A stretch of 38,446 nt of DNA. Origin: Frankiaceae bacterium. GTDB taxonomy: Bacteria; Actinomycetota; Actinomycetes; Frankiales; Frankiaceae. Both the position numbers and the translations under genes were made by a program. Every line of letters starts with the position of its first letter. Within the stretch, counting starts at the first letter, position 1. The stretch spans positions 1 through 38,446 of the forward strand of contig JADGOW010000001.1 of NCBI GenBank assembly GCA_017882765.1, in the 5' to 3' direction. Positions 13,675 through 22,053 of this stretch are shown piece by piece. The notes under the pieces are model-generated. The model ran no database searches. It saw nothing but the letters and a program-made list of their open reading frames with translations, and had not been told where the DNA came from.

Positions 13675-15324
13675 TCACGCCCGCCGCTGCCGCCGCAACA
13701 CGAACCGCTGGACCTTTCCGCTGGGCGTCTTGGGCAATTCGGGGAGGAAATGAACGGTCCGTGGGTAAGCGTGGGCTGCGTAACGTTGCTTGACATGCTG
13801 CTGCAGCGCGGTGGCGAGCTCGTCGGAAGGCGGCACGCCCGGGCGTAACACGACGAAGGCCTCGATCACCTCGCCGCGCAGTTCGTCAGGCACGCCGACG
13901 ACGGCTACCTCGACGACATCGGGGTGCTCCAGCATGACCGACTCCACCTCGAACGGGCCGATCCGGTAGCCTGCCATGATGATCACGTCGTCATCGCGCG
14001 CGGAGAAGAAGAAGTAACCCTCCTTGTCCCGCTGCCCCGCGTCCCCGGTGTAATACCAGCGGCCGTCCGGGCTGTAGCGGTCCGACGTCCTCGCCGCGGC
14101 CCCGCCGTAGGCGGTGAACCACATCAACGGGCTCGCGGCCATGTCGATGACCACCCGGCCGGGGGTACCGGCGGGCGCCACCTCATCGCGGTCGGGAAGC
14201 AACACCTCGGCCCCCCAGCCGGGCATCGGATGGCCCATGGACCCCGGCTTGACCCGCCGCAAGATATCTGGATGCCACCCGTTGATGATGGCCATACCCA
14301 GCTCGGTCTGCCCATAGTGGTCGCGGATCGGCACCCCAAGAATGCGCTCGGACCAGGCGACCATCTCGGGGTTGAGCGGCTCTCCGGCACTGGAGCACAC
14401 ACGCAGCGACAGACCCTGCGGGGCGCCCGCCTCGGCCGCGCGCAGCGATCGGTAGACGGTCGGCGCGGCGGCAAAGTTGGTGACCCCGTAAGCCTCCAGC
14501 ACTTTCCAGCTCAGCTCAGGCGTGAACGCCGAGTGGAGCAGGATACTGCGCCGGCCGGTTACCAGCGGGCCGAGAATGCCGTAATACAAGCCATAGGCCC
14601 AGCCGGGGTCGGCAGCGTTCCAGAAGACGTCGTCGGGTCGGACGTCCAAGCCGTACTCCATGTAGATCTGGAAGGCCGCAAGCGCGAGTACCGGAACATG
14701 AACCGCCTTGGGCGCCCCCGTCGTCCCGGACGTGAAGATCTTGATGATCGGCGCGGCGCCACCCAGCCGGGCCGCCGGATAACCCGCGGGCGCGGCGGCC
14801 AGGTCCGCCATCGTCAGGTCGCCCGGTGCCAACTCGGCCCCAGGGTCCGCGCCCGCGACCACGATCTTCCAGAATCTCTCCTGCGGCATGTCCTCGGACG
14901 AGTCCAGCTTGTCGCGCTGCCCGGCGTCGCAGACGACAACCTTCGCCGCGCTGGCCACGAGCCGTAGGGCGATCGCGGGCGTGGCGAAGGCGGTGAACAA
15001 CGGCACATGGACGGCGCCGAGCCGCCAGATGCCCAGGAGCACGCTCACCAGGTCCTCGCTCTTGCCCATGAGCGTGGCGATCCGGTCACCCGGGCCGACG
15101 CCTAGGTCGGCCAGCCCCCGGGCCACTCGCTCTGAACGCTCCCGGAGCTGTCCGTACGTGATGTCGGTGCCGGTCAGATCCGGCTCGACCAGGGTGAACG
15201 CGACGGCGTCGAAGGGATGCCGGTCGCAGAGCAGTTCGGCAGCGCTGGCGCCGGACGACGAGTAGGCCGTCAAGAGGTCCCTCGCCCGAGTGGACGGCGG
15301 GGCGGTCGGCAGGTGGGTTGTCAC
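13675..15324 (-). CDS. AMP-dependent acyl-CoA synthetase/ligase (substrate unknown)
   Basis: 549 aa, GTG start with GGAG 8 nt upstream. Motifs: IFTSGTTGAPKAV, YGQTE, YTGDAGQRDKEGYFFFSARDDDVIIMAGYRIGP, LPKTPSGKVQR. Confidence 0.85.
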   Translation of the reverse strand: MTTHLPTAPPSTRARDLLTAYSSSGASAAELLCDRHPFDAVAFTLVEPDLTGTDITYGQLRERSERVARGLADLGVGPGDRIATLMGKSEDLVSVLLGIWRLGAVHVPLFTAFATPAIALRLVASAAKVVVCDAGQRDKLDSSEDMPQERFWKIVVAGADPGAELAPGDLTMADLAAAPAGYPAARLGGAAPIIKIFTSGTTGAPKAVHVPVLALAAFQIYMEYGLDVRPDDVFWNAADPGWAYGLYYGILGPLVTGRRSILLHSAFTPELSWKVLEAYGVTNFAAAPTVYRSLRAAEAGAPQGLSLRVCSSAGEPLNPEMVAWSERILGVPIRDHYGQTELGMAIINGWHPDILRRVKPGSMGHPMPGWGAEVLLPDRDEVAPAGTPGRVVIDMAASPLMWFTAYGGAAARTSDRYSPDGRWYYTGDAGQRDKEGYFFFSARDDDVIIMAGYRIGPFEVESVMLEHPDVVEVAVVGVPDELRGEVIEAFVVLRPGVPPSDELATALQQHVKQRYAAHAYPRTVHFLPELPKTPSGKVQRFVLRRQRRA

Positions 15325-15397
15325 AGCAAGTCTCCAGGCGACGGTAGGGGACAGGAGACGCCCGCAGACACTGCTGCGAGCAATGTGATGGCGCCGG

Positions 15398-16543
15398 TCA
15401 GTCGCGGGCGAGATGACGTCCGATCACCATCCGCTGGATCTGATTCGTGCCCTCGAAGATCTGCATCACCTTCGCCTCTCGCATGTAGCGTTCGACCGGG
15501 TAGTCCCGGGTGTAGCCGTAGCCCCCGAGCACCTGAACGGCGTCTGTGGTGACCCGCATCGCAGCGTCGGTGGCGACGAGCTTGGCGATGCTGGCCTGGC
15601 GGCTGAACGGCAAGCCGCGGTCCCGCCGGCGGGCGGCCTCCAGCATGGTGGCCCGGGCCGACTCCACTCCCGCTGCCATATCTGCCAGAAGGAAGCCGAG
15701 ACCCTGGTGGTCAATGATCGGCTTGCCGAACTGGTGCCGCTCCTTGGCGTAGCTGACCGCGTAGTCCAGCGCGGCTTGGGCCAGCCCGACCGCGCAGGCG
15801 GCGACGCCCAGGCGGCCGGAATCAAGAGCGCTCATGGCAATGGCGAAACCGCGGCCGACCGAGCCCGTTAACCGGTCCGAACCGACCAGCACGTCGTCAA
15901 AGTTGACAATGGTCGTGGGCGAGCCCGTCAGCCCCATCTTGTGTTCGGGCGCACCGAACGACAGGCCGGGCATGGCCCCGTCCACCAGGAAGCACGAGAT
16001 TCCCTCGGTGCGCGACTCGGACGTGCGGGCGAACACCGTGTAGAAATCAGCCTGGCCCCCGTGGGTCACCCAGGCTTTCGTGCCGGAGAGCACGTACTCA
16101 CCACCCCTGTCGATCGCCTGGGTGATCATGGCACCCGGGTCGGAGCCAGCGTGCGGCTCGGACAGGCAGTACGCGCCCAACAGTCGGCCGGAGAGCATGT
16201 CCGGCAGCAGTTGCTCCTGCTGGGCGCGGCTGCCGAACGCGGCCAGCGGGTAGCTGGACATCGAATGGACGCTGACCCCGATCGCGATGCTGGCCCAGCG
16301 GGCGGCGATCTCTTCAAGAACCTGGAGGTAGACCTCGTAGGGCTGGGCGGAGCCGCCGAACTCCTCCGGGTAGGGCAGCGACAGCAGCCCCGCCTCGCCC
16401 AACAGCCGGAAGACCTCGCGGGGGAACCGCGCGTCCGCCTCGTATTGCGCGGCCCGCGGCGCAAGCTCTTTGTCGGCGATCTCGCTTGTCAGCGCGATCA
16501 GATCTCGTGCCTCAGCTGTCGGGAGCACGCGCTCAGCCGGCAT
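15398..16543 (-). CDS. Acyl-CoA dehydrogenase (short/medium-chain type)
   Basis: 381 aa. Motifs: GAYCLSEPHAGSD, ISCFLV, KMGLTGSPT, ERHQFGKPI, YPVERYMREAKVMQIFEGTNQIQR (catalytic Glu context). GGAGG 6 nt upstream of the ATG. It lies 73 nt upstream of the ligase gene, so an operon is likely. Confidence 0.95.
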   Translation of the reverse strand: MPAERVLPTAEARDLIALTSEIADKELAPRAAQYEADARFPREVFRLLGEAGLLSLPYPEEFGGSAQPYEVYLQVLEEIAARWASIAIGVSVHSMSSYPLAAFGSRAQQEQLLPDMLSGRLLGAYCLSEPHAGSDPGAMITQAIDRGGEYVLSGTKAWVTHGGQADFYTVFARTSESRTEGISCFLVDGAMPGLSFGAPEHKMGLTGSPTTIVNFDDVLVGSDRLTGSVGRGFAIAMSALDSGRLGVAACAVGLAQAALDYAVSYAKERHQFGKPIIDHQGLGFLLADMAAGVESARATMLEAARRRDRGLPFSRQASIAKLVATDAAMRVTTDAVQVLGGYGYTRDYPVERYMREAKVMQIFEGTNQIQRMVIGRHLARD

Positions 16544-16574
16544 GGGACCCCTCCGGTGATCGAGTGATGGGGTT

Positions 16575-16615
16575 ACAGTACCAGGGGACGTCCTCTAGTA
16601 CTGTGCCAAGGGTCC
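16575..16615. promoter_or_regulatory. Operator-like element (copy B) in the ACAD/TetR divergent intergenic region; 30-bp near-palindrome at 16575-16604
   Basis: ACAGTACCAGGGGAC|GTCCTCTAGTACTGT: the half-sites match 13/15 as an inverted repeat, centred on GGACGTCC. It lies 31 nt upstream of the ACAD ATG (16543) and 75 nt upstream of the TetR GTG (16680). CATAAT at 16615-16620 is a possible -10 box for the TetR gene. Confidence 0.65.
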
Positions 16616-16679
16616 ATAATGGGAGGGCCCCTGGTCCCATCCTGCCCCGACCGCCGAGATCACGAGTTGGGAGTTTGCG

Positions 16680-17291
16680 GTGGCTCTCACGAGCATGCCC
16701 GCCTCGCGGGGCCGCGGCGCCCGCGCCCGTCGCCTGACCGCCCGCCAGACGGCCCTACTCGACGACATCGTGGGCCTGTACCTCCTGGAGGGGTTCGCGC
16801 ACTTGACGCTCGACGAGCTCGCCGGTCGGCTGCACTGCTCGAAGTCCACCTTGTACGCACTCGCCGCGAGCAAGGAGCAGCTCGCGGTCGCCGCGATCGT
16901 GCACTTCTTCCGCCGCGCAGCCGACCGGGTGGAGCAACGCATCGCCGGCGTGACCGACGCCCGAGGCCGGATCGGCAGCTACCTCACCGCCGTGGCCGAG
17001 GAACTGGCCGCCGCGTCCCCGGAGTTCTACCGCGATCTTGCATCATTCGCTCCGGGCCGCGAAGTCTACGAGCGCAACACTCGCATCGCGGCCGACCGCA
17101 TCCGCTCCTTCGTGGTCGATGGTGTCCACGCCGGCGCCTTCCGGGAGGTCCACGCTTCCTTCGTCGCCGAAGCGGCGGCGGCGACCATGGTCGGCATCCA
17201 GCGCGGTGAGATCACACGTCACACCGGGTTGACCACCGCCCAGGCCTACGCCGAACTGGCGACCCTGGTGCTCGACGGGGTGTCGAGCTGA
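16680..17291 (+). CDS. TetR/AcrR family transcriptional regulator
   Basis: 203 aa. N-terminal HTH region (TLDELAGRLHCSKSTLYALAASKEQL) and a helical C-terminal ligand domain. TGGGAG 7 nt upstream of the GTG. Divergent from the ACAD gene. Confidence 0.9.
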   Translation: MALTSMPASRGRGARARRLTARQTALLDDIVGLYLLEGFAHLTLDELAGRLHCSKSTLYALAASKEQLAVAAIVHFFRRAADRVEQRIAGVTDARGRIGSYLTAVAEELAAASPEFYRDLASFAPGREVYERNTRIAADRIRSFVVDGVHAGAFREVHASFVAEAAAATMVGIQRGEITRHTGLTTAQAYAELATLVLDGVSS

Positions 17292-17307
17292 ACCACGCCT
17301 CTCCGAA

Positions 17308-18978
17308 CTACGCGCTCCTGCTCTCCGCGGCGGCCTGCAGCCCGAATTCGTCCACGGAGACCTCACGCATCCGGAACTTCTGGATCTTTCCGGTGATGGT
17401 CATGGGGAACTCGTCGACGAAGCGCACGTAACGCGGCACCTTGTAGTGCGCCAGGCGCCCACGGCAGTAGGCACGAAGGTCGTCCGCTGACAGCGTCTTT
17501 CCGGGATGCACCTTTACCCAGGCGCACAGCTCCTCTCCGAACCGCAGGTCGGGGACACCAACAACGGACACGTCAGCGACATCAGGATGGGTGAAAAGGA
17601 ACTCCTCGATCTCCCGGGGATAGATGTTCTCCCCACCCCGGATGACCATGTCCTTGATCCGCCCGACGATGTTGAGGTACCCCTCGGAGTCCATCGTCGC
17701 GAGGTCTCCGGTGTGCATCCACCCGGCAGGGTCGATCGCCTCCGCGGTTCTGTCGGGCTCCTCCCAATAGCCCAACATCACCGAATACCCGCGGGTGCAC
17801 AGTTCGCCGGCGGTGCCCCTGGGGACGGTCAGGCCCGACCCCGGGTCGACGATCTTGATCTCGACATGCGGATGAACCCGGCCCACGGTGGACACGCGGC
17901 GGTCCAGGTCGTCGTCGGCCCTCGTCTGGGTCGACACGGGCGACGTCTCGGTCATCCCGTAGCAGATGGTGACCTCTCGCATGCCCATGTCATTGACGAC
18001 CCGCTTCATGACCTCGACCGGGCAAGGCGCGCCAGCCATGATCCCGGTCCGCAGGGACGACAGGTCGTAGGACTCGAACCCCGGCGCGGCAAGCTCGGCG
18101 ATGAACATCGTCGGGACCCCGTACAGGGAGGTGCAGCGCTCCTTGGCGACCGCCTCCAGCGTCGCGACCGGATCGAACGCCGGTGCCGGGATGACCACGC
18201 ACGACCCGTGCGACGTGGCCGCGAGGTTGCCCATGACCATCCCGAAGCAGTGATAGAAGGGCACAGGCACGCCGATGCGATCCTCTTCGGTGTAGCGGCA
18301 CAACTCCCCGACGAAGAACGCGTTGTTGAGGATGTTGTGGTGCGACAGGGTCGCGCCCTTCGGGAACCCAGTCGTCCCGCTCGTGTACTGGATGTTGATG
18401 GGGTCGTCCGCCGAGAAGCTGGCCATGCGCTCCACGAGCACGTCGCCGGTCACTTCGCGGCCTGCGGACAGCAACTCGGCCCAGTCCGGCGTGTCGAGGA
18501 AGATCGTGCGTTCGAGGCCGGGGCAGTCGCCGGACACTTCGCCGACCATGGCGCGATAGTCGCTGGTCTTGAAGCTCTCCGCCGCGACGAGCAGGCGCAG
18601 CCCAGACTGCCGCACGACGTAGGCCAGCTCATGGGTCCGGTACGCCGGGTTGATGTTGACGAGAACGGAACCGATCTTGGCGGTGGCATATTGGACGAGC
18701 ATCCACTCCGCGCAGTTGGGCGCCCAGATCCCGACCCGGTCGCCGGCGTCGATGCCGATGCCGAGCAGACCGCGGGCCACCTCGTCCACGGCGTCGTTGA
18801 ACTCGCGGTAGGTGTATCGCAGCCCTTGCGAGCAACTGACGAGGACCTCCCTTTCGGGGAACGTGGCCACCGTGCGTTCGAGGTTCGCGCCGATCGTGTC
18901 CCCGAGCATCGGCGTTGTCGAGGTGCCCGACGTATAAGAAGGGAACGCGGCGGGGGTAGGATCGGACATGTCCGGCAT
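17308..18978 (-). CDS. Fatty-acid/acyl--CoA ligase (FadD-like AMP-binding enzyme)
   Basis: ORF 17308..19278; I prefer the ATG at 18978 (GGAGG 6 nt upstream), giving 556 aa. Motifs: [68 protein letters not shown]. The N-terminal extension of the ORF has an implausible composition. Confidence 0.9.
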   Translation of the reverse strand: MPDMSDPTPAAFPSYTSGTSTTPMLGDTIGANLERTVATFPEREVLVSCSQGLRYTYREFNDAVDEVARGLLGIGIDAGDRVGIWAPNCAEWMLVQYATAKIGSVLVNINPAYRTHELAYVVRQSGLRLLVAAESFKTSDYRAMVGEVSGDCPGLERTIFLDTPDWAELLSAGREVTGDVLVERMASFSADDPINIQYTSGTTGFPKGATLSHHNILNNAFFVGELCRYTEEDRIGVPVPFYHCFGMVMGNLAATSHGSCVVIPAPAFDPVATLEAVAKERCTSLYGVPTMFIAELAAPGFESYDLSSLRTGIMAGAPCPVEVMKRVVNDMGMREVTICYGMTETSPVSTQTRADDDLDRRVSTVGRVHPHVEIKIVDPGSGLTVPRGTAGELCTRGYSVMLGYWEEPDRTAEAIDPAGWMHTGDLATMDSEGYLNIVGRIKDMVIRGGENIYPREIEEFLFTHPDVADVSVVGVPDLRFGEELCAWVKVHPGKTLSADDLRAYCRGRLAHYKVPRYVRFVDEFPMTITGKIQKFRMREVSVDEFGLQAAAESRSA

Positions 18979-19052
18979 GCGGGGCCTCCAACAGCAGACG
19001 ACGGGATCTTCGGCTGGTGCCGAGGCGTCCAGCCTTGCCCAGACAAGGATTG

Positions 19053-19095
19053 ACAGTAACGGGACCCGAGTCCGGGCGTACCGGGCCAAAGGACC
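19053..19095. promoter_or_regulatory. Possible degenerate third copy (C) of the operator-like element
   Basis: ACAGTAACGGGACCCGAGTCCGGGCGTACCGGGCCAAAGGACC versus copy B: about 28/41 matches with a 2-nt gap. Anchors ACAGTA, GGGAC, GTCC, GTAC and GCCAA.GG.CC are retained. It lies 74 nt upstream of the FadD-like ATG, whose RBS/start (GGAGGccccgcATGCCGG) also resembles those at copies A and B. Confidence 0.3.
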
Positions 19096-19321
19096 CACGA
19101 CAAATTCCGGCATCGAGGAAATGCTGCCAGCTATGCGGTTCGCGCCTAGTCGCAGCCAAAAGAAGAAATCACCGGCGACTGTGGCAGCTGGGCACGACGG
19201 GGCCGTCGGCCCCGCGGTCGGCGGTCCTGCGGTCGGCGGCGCCCCGCGGCGCACGCGCTGCGGGCCTAGCGGGACCACAGGACACCTCCAACGACAAGTT
19301 CACGCATAGAGGGGCAAGAGG

Positions 19322-21124
19322 ATGACCACAGCGACAGGTGCTCCCACACGTCACCGGCGGTTGCTCGACTGGGTGGAGCAGGTCGCCGCACTGACCACAC
19401 CGGACCGGGTGGAGTGGTGTGACGGGTCCGCCGAGGAGTGGGATCGGTTGACCCGGTTGATGGTCGAGCAGGGCACGTTCGAACAACTGAACCCCGCCCG
19501 GCGCCCGAACAGCTTCCTCGCGCTGTCCGATCCGGGTGACGTTGCGCGGGTCGAGGACCGCACGTTCATCTGCTCCACGAAGAAGATCGACGCGGGTCCC
19601 ACCAACAACTGGCGTGACCCCGACGAGATGCGGGCCACCCTCACGGACTTGTTCCGTGATTCGATGCGCGGCCGGACGATGTATGTCATCCCGTTCTCGA
19701 TGGGACCGCTCGGCTCGCGCATCTCCGCGTTGGGCGTTCAGATCACTGACTCGCCCTACGTGGTCTGCAATATGCGGATCATGACCCGGATGGGTCAGGC
19801 TGCCCTCGACTTGATGGGCGAGGACGGCTATTTCGTCCCCTGCCTGCACTCGGTCGGCGCCCCGCTCGATCCCGGCCAGGCCGACGTAGCTTGGCCCTGC
19901 AACGCGAACAACAAATACATCGTCCATTTCCCGGAAACCCGGGAGATTTGGAGCTACGGGTCCGGATACGGCGGCAACGCGCTTCTTGGCAAGAAGTGCT
20001 ACGCCCTGCGGATCGCCTCGGTCATGGCCCGCGACGAGGGCTGGCTCGCCGAGCACATGCTCATCTTGAAGCTCACTCCGCCCGACGGTGACGTGCACTA
20101 CGTCGCTGCCGCGTTCCCCAGCCAGTGCGGCAAGACCAACCTGGCGATGCTCATCCCGGCCATCCCCGGCTGGAAGGTGGAAACCGTCGGCGACGACATC
20201 GCGTGGATGCGCCCCGGCGCGGACGGCAGACTCTATGCAATCAACCCGGAGGCGGGATTCTTCGGGGTGGCTCCCGGCACCGGCGAGAAGACCAACAAGA
20301 ACGCCCTCGACAGCTTGCACGAGAACTGCATTTTCACCAATGTCGGCCGGACCGATGACGGCGACGTCTGGTGGGAAGGGCTTACCGACGACCCACCCGC
20401 CCACCTCGTGGACTGGCGCGGGCAGGACTGGACGCCTGACGCCGACCGGCCTGCGGCGCATCCGAACTCCCGGTTCACCGCCCCGGCCGCGCAATGCCCG
20501 TCCATCGCGCCCAACTGGGAGGACCCGGAGGGCGTGCCGATCTCGGCCATCCTCTTCGGCGGTCGCCGCGCGTCAACCGTTCCCCTGGTGACTCAGTCGC
20601 TGGACTGGGAGCACGGCGTCTTCCTGGGTGCCAGCGTCTCCTCGGAGACGACGGCGGCGGCCACCGGCAAGGTGGGTGTCGTGCGCCGCGACCCGTTCGC
20701 CATGCTGCCGTTCTGCGGCTACAACATGGCCGACTACTTCGACCACTGGTTGCGCATGGGTGCCGACGAGGACAGGCTTCCGAAGATCTTCTACGTCAAC
20801 TGGTTCCGGAAGGGCGAGGACGGTCGCTGGCTGTGGCCGGGCTTCGGCGACAACATGCGCGTGCTCAAGTGGGTCGTCGAACGCGTCCAAGGAAAGGCGG
20901 ACGCCGTCACCACGCCGATCGGCTGGCTACCCGACAAGTTGTCGATCGACGTCAGTGGCACCCAGGTCACCGAGACGGACCTCGCCGAACTGCTCGACGT
21001 CGACACCGAACTGTGGAAGGCCGAAGCCGAAGCGCTGGAAAGCTACTGGGAGCAGTTCGGTGACCGGCTACCTGACCGGCTTCGCGAGCAACTCATCAAG
21101 CTGCGGGACCGCCTGGGCGAGTAG
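19322..21124 (+). CDS. pckG: Phosphoenolpyruvate carboxykinase (GTP)
   Basis: 600 aa with diagnostic GTP-PEPCK motifs: [43 protein letters not shown]. Confidence 0.97.
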   Translation: MTTATGAPTRHRRLLDWVEQVAALTTPDRVEWCDGSAEEWDRLTRLMVEQGTFEQLNPARRPNSFLALSDPGDVARVEDRTFICSTKKIDAGPTNNWRDPDEMRATLTDLFRDSMRGRTMYVIPFSMGPLGSRISALGVQITDSPYVVCNMRIMTRMGQAALDLMGEDGYFVPCLHSVGAPLDPGQADVAWPCNANNKYIVHFPETREIWSYGSGYGGNALLGKKCYALRIASVMARDEGWLAEHMLILKLTPPDGDVHYVAAAFPSQCGKTNLAMLIPAIPGWKVETVGDDIAWMRPGADGRLYAINPEAGFFGVAPGTGEKTNKNALDSLHENCIFTNVGRTDDGDVWWEGLTDDPPAHLVDWRGQDWTPDADRPAAHPNSRFTAPAAQCPSIAPNWEDPEGVPISAILFGGRRASTVPLVTQSLDWEHGVFLGASVSSETTAAATGKVGVVRRDPFAMLPFCGYNMADYFDHWLRMGADEDRLPKIFYVNWFRKGEDGRWLWPGFGDNMRVLKWVVERVQGKADAVTTPIGWLPDKLSIDVSGTQVTETDLAELLDVDTELWKAEAEALESYWEQFGDRLPDRLREQLIKLRDRLGE

Positions 21125-21143
21125 GTCGCCGAATCTATCCATC

Positions 21144-21195
21144 CCAGTGGGCCAATGGCAGTGGGCTCGGTCGCCTCGGCGACTGGGCCCACTGG
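21144..21195. terminator. Hairpin between convergent pckG and the FHA-like gene
   Basis: CCAGTGGGCC (21144-21153) pairs with GGCCCACTGG (21186-21195). The enclosed segment has an inner GC stem (GTCGCC/GGCGAC). Confidence 0.5.
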
Positions 21196-21216
21196 CTCAT
21201 AATTGTCCGCGACAGC

Positions 21217-21927
21217 TCAGATCTCCCGCCGGAACGGCCGTGCGGTCGGGGCCGGCAGGAACCCGCCGCGAACGAGGGCGAACAGGTACTCGGGGTCGGT
21301 GATCGACACGTTGCGGCCGAGGCCGAATTCGGTAGCGCGTTTGCGCGCCTCCCGCAGCCGTTCCTGCAGGCCGCCGATTCCGACCCCCAACCGATTTGCG
21401 ACCTGCTGCAGCTGCCGCTGTTCGGCCGGGAAGGACGGCGGCCAGCGCAGGCAGTCGGCGAACAAGACACGCAGCGCCTGCAGTTGCATGGTGGCGAGCG
21501 GCCGCAGCCTGTCGGCCGGGGCCGGGGCCGGGGCCGGGGCCTCATTGCCCGTTTCGTGCGGCTCATCGCCGCGTGTTCCGGCGTCCGCTTCCAGCAACAC
21601 CCAGTGCTGGACGCTTCGACGTCCCAGCACCCGAATGCCCACCAGAGGCCATGTCAGCGTCGTCGTGTCTCCTGCGCGCTGCGGCGCCTGCCCCCACGGG
21701 TGGATCACCGCACCGTTGCGGTTGAGGATCCAGATGCGCCAGCCGGTCTCCGTGGCGGTCACAATGAGCGCCCGCCGGGACACCTCTTTGTCCGGCGGAT
21801 CCGTTCCGATGCTGAGCCGCTGCTCGCGCCCCACGAGAACGGCCTCGCCGACCTCGACGCGACGGCCCCGAGGGACGCTGCAGCGTGCGCGGCTCACGGT
21901 GTAGACCGACACCCAACGTCCGCCCAC
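21217..21927 (-). CDS. Hypothetical protein with FHA-like N-terminal region, Ala-Pro linker and HTH-like C-terminal region
   Basis: 236-aa ORF with GTG start. LVGREQRLSIGTDPPDKEVSRRALIV...WRIWILNRNGAVI resembles FHA landmarks (GR, SRR-, NG), but the conserved His is replaced by Ala. The C-terminal segment LQALRVLF...QQVANRLGVGIGGLQERLREARKRA resembles a LuxR/sigma region-4 type HTH. The assignment rests on motifs only. Confidence 0.5.
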   Translation of the reverse strand: MGGRWVSVYTVSRARCSVPRGRRVEVGEAVLVGREQRLSIGTDPPDKEVSRRALIVTATETGWRIWILNRNGAVIHPWGQAPQRAGDTTTLTWPLVGIRVLGRRSVQHWVLLEADAGTRGDEPHETGNEAPAPAPAPADRLRPLATMQLQALRVLFADCLRWPPSFPAEQRQLQQVANRLGVGIGGLQERLREARKRATEFGLGRNVSITDPEYLFALVRGGFLPAPTARPFRREI

Positions 21928-22053
21928 CCGGTGACCCCCCTTCCCGCCACGGCTGTGCCACGGGGGAGCCCAGTCTCGTTCAACAGAACGTAATGGGAGA
22001 AGTCCCCGACCGACGAAGCGGGTGGAGCATACTCAGCGGCCCGGGCAGCGTGC

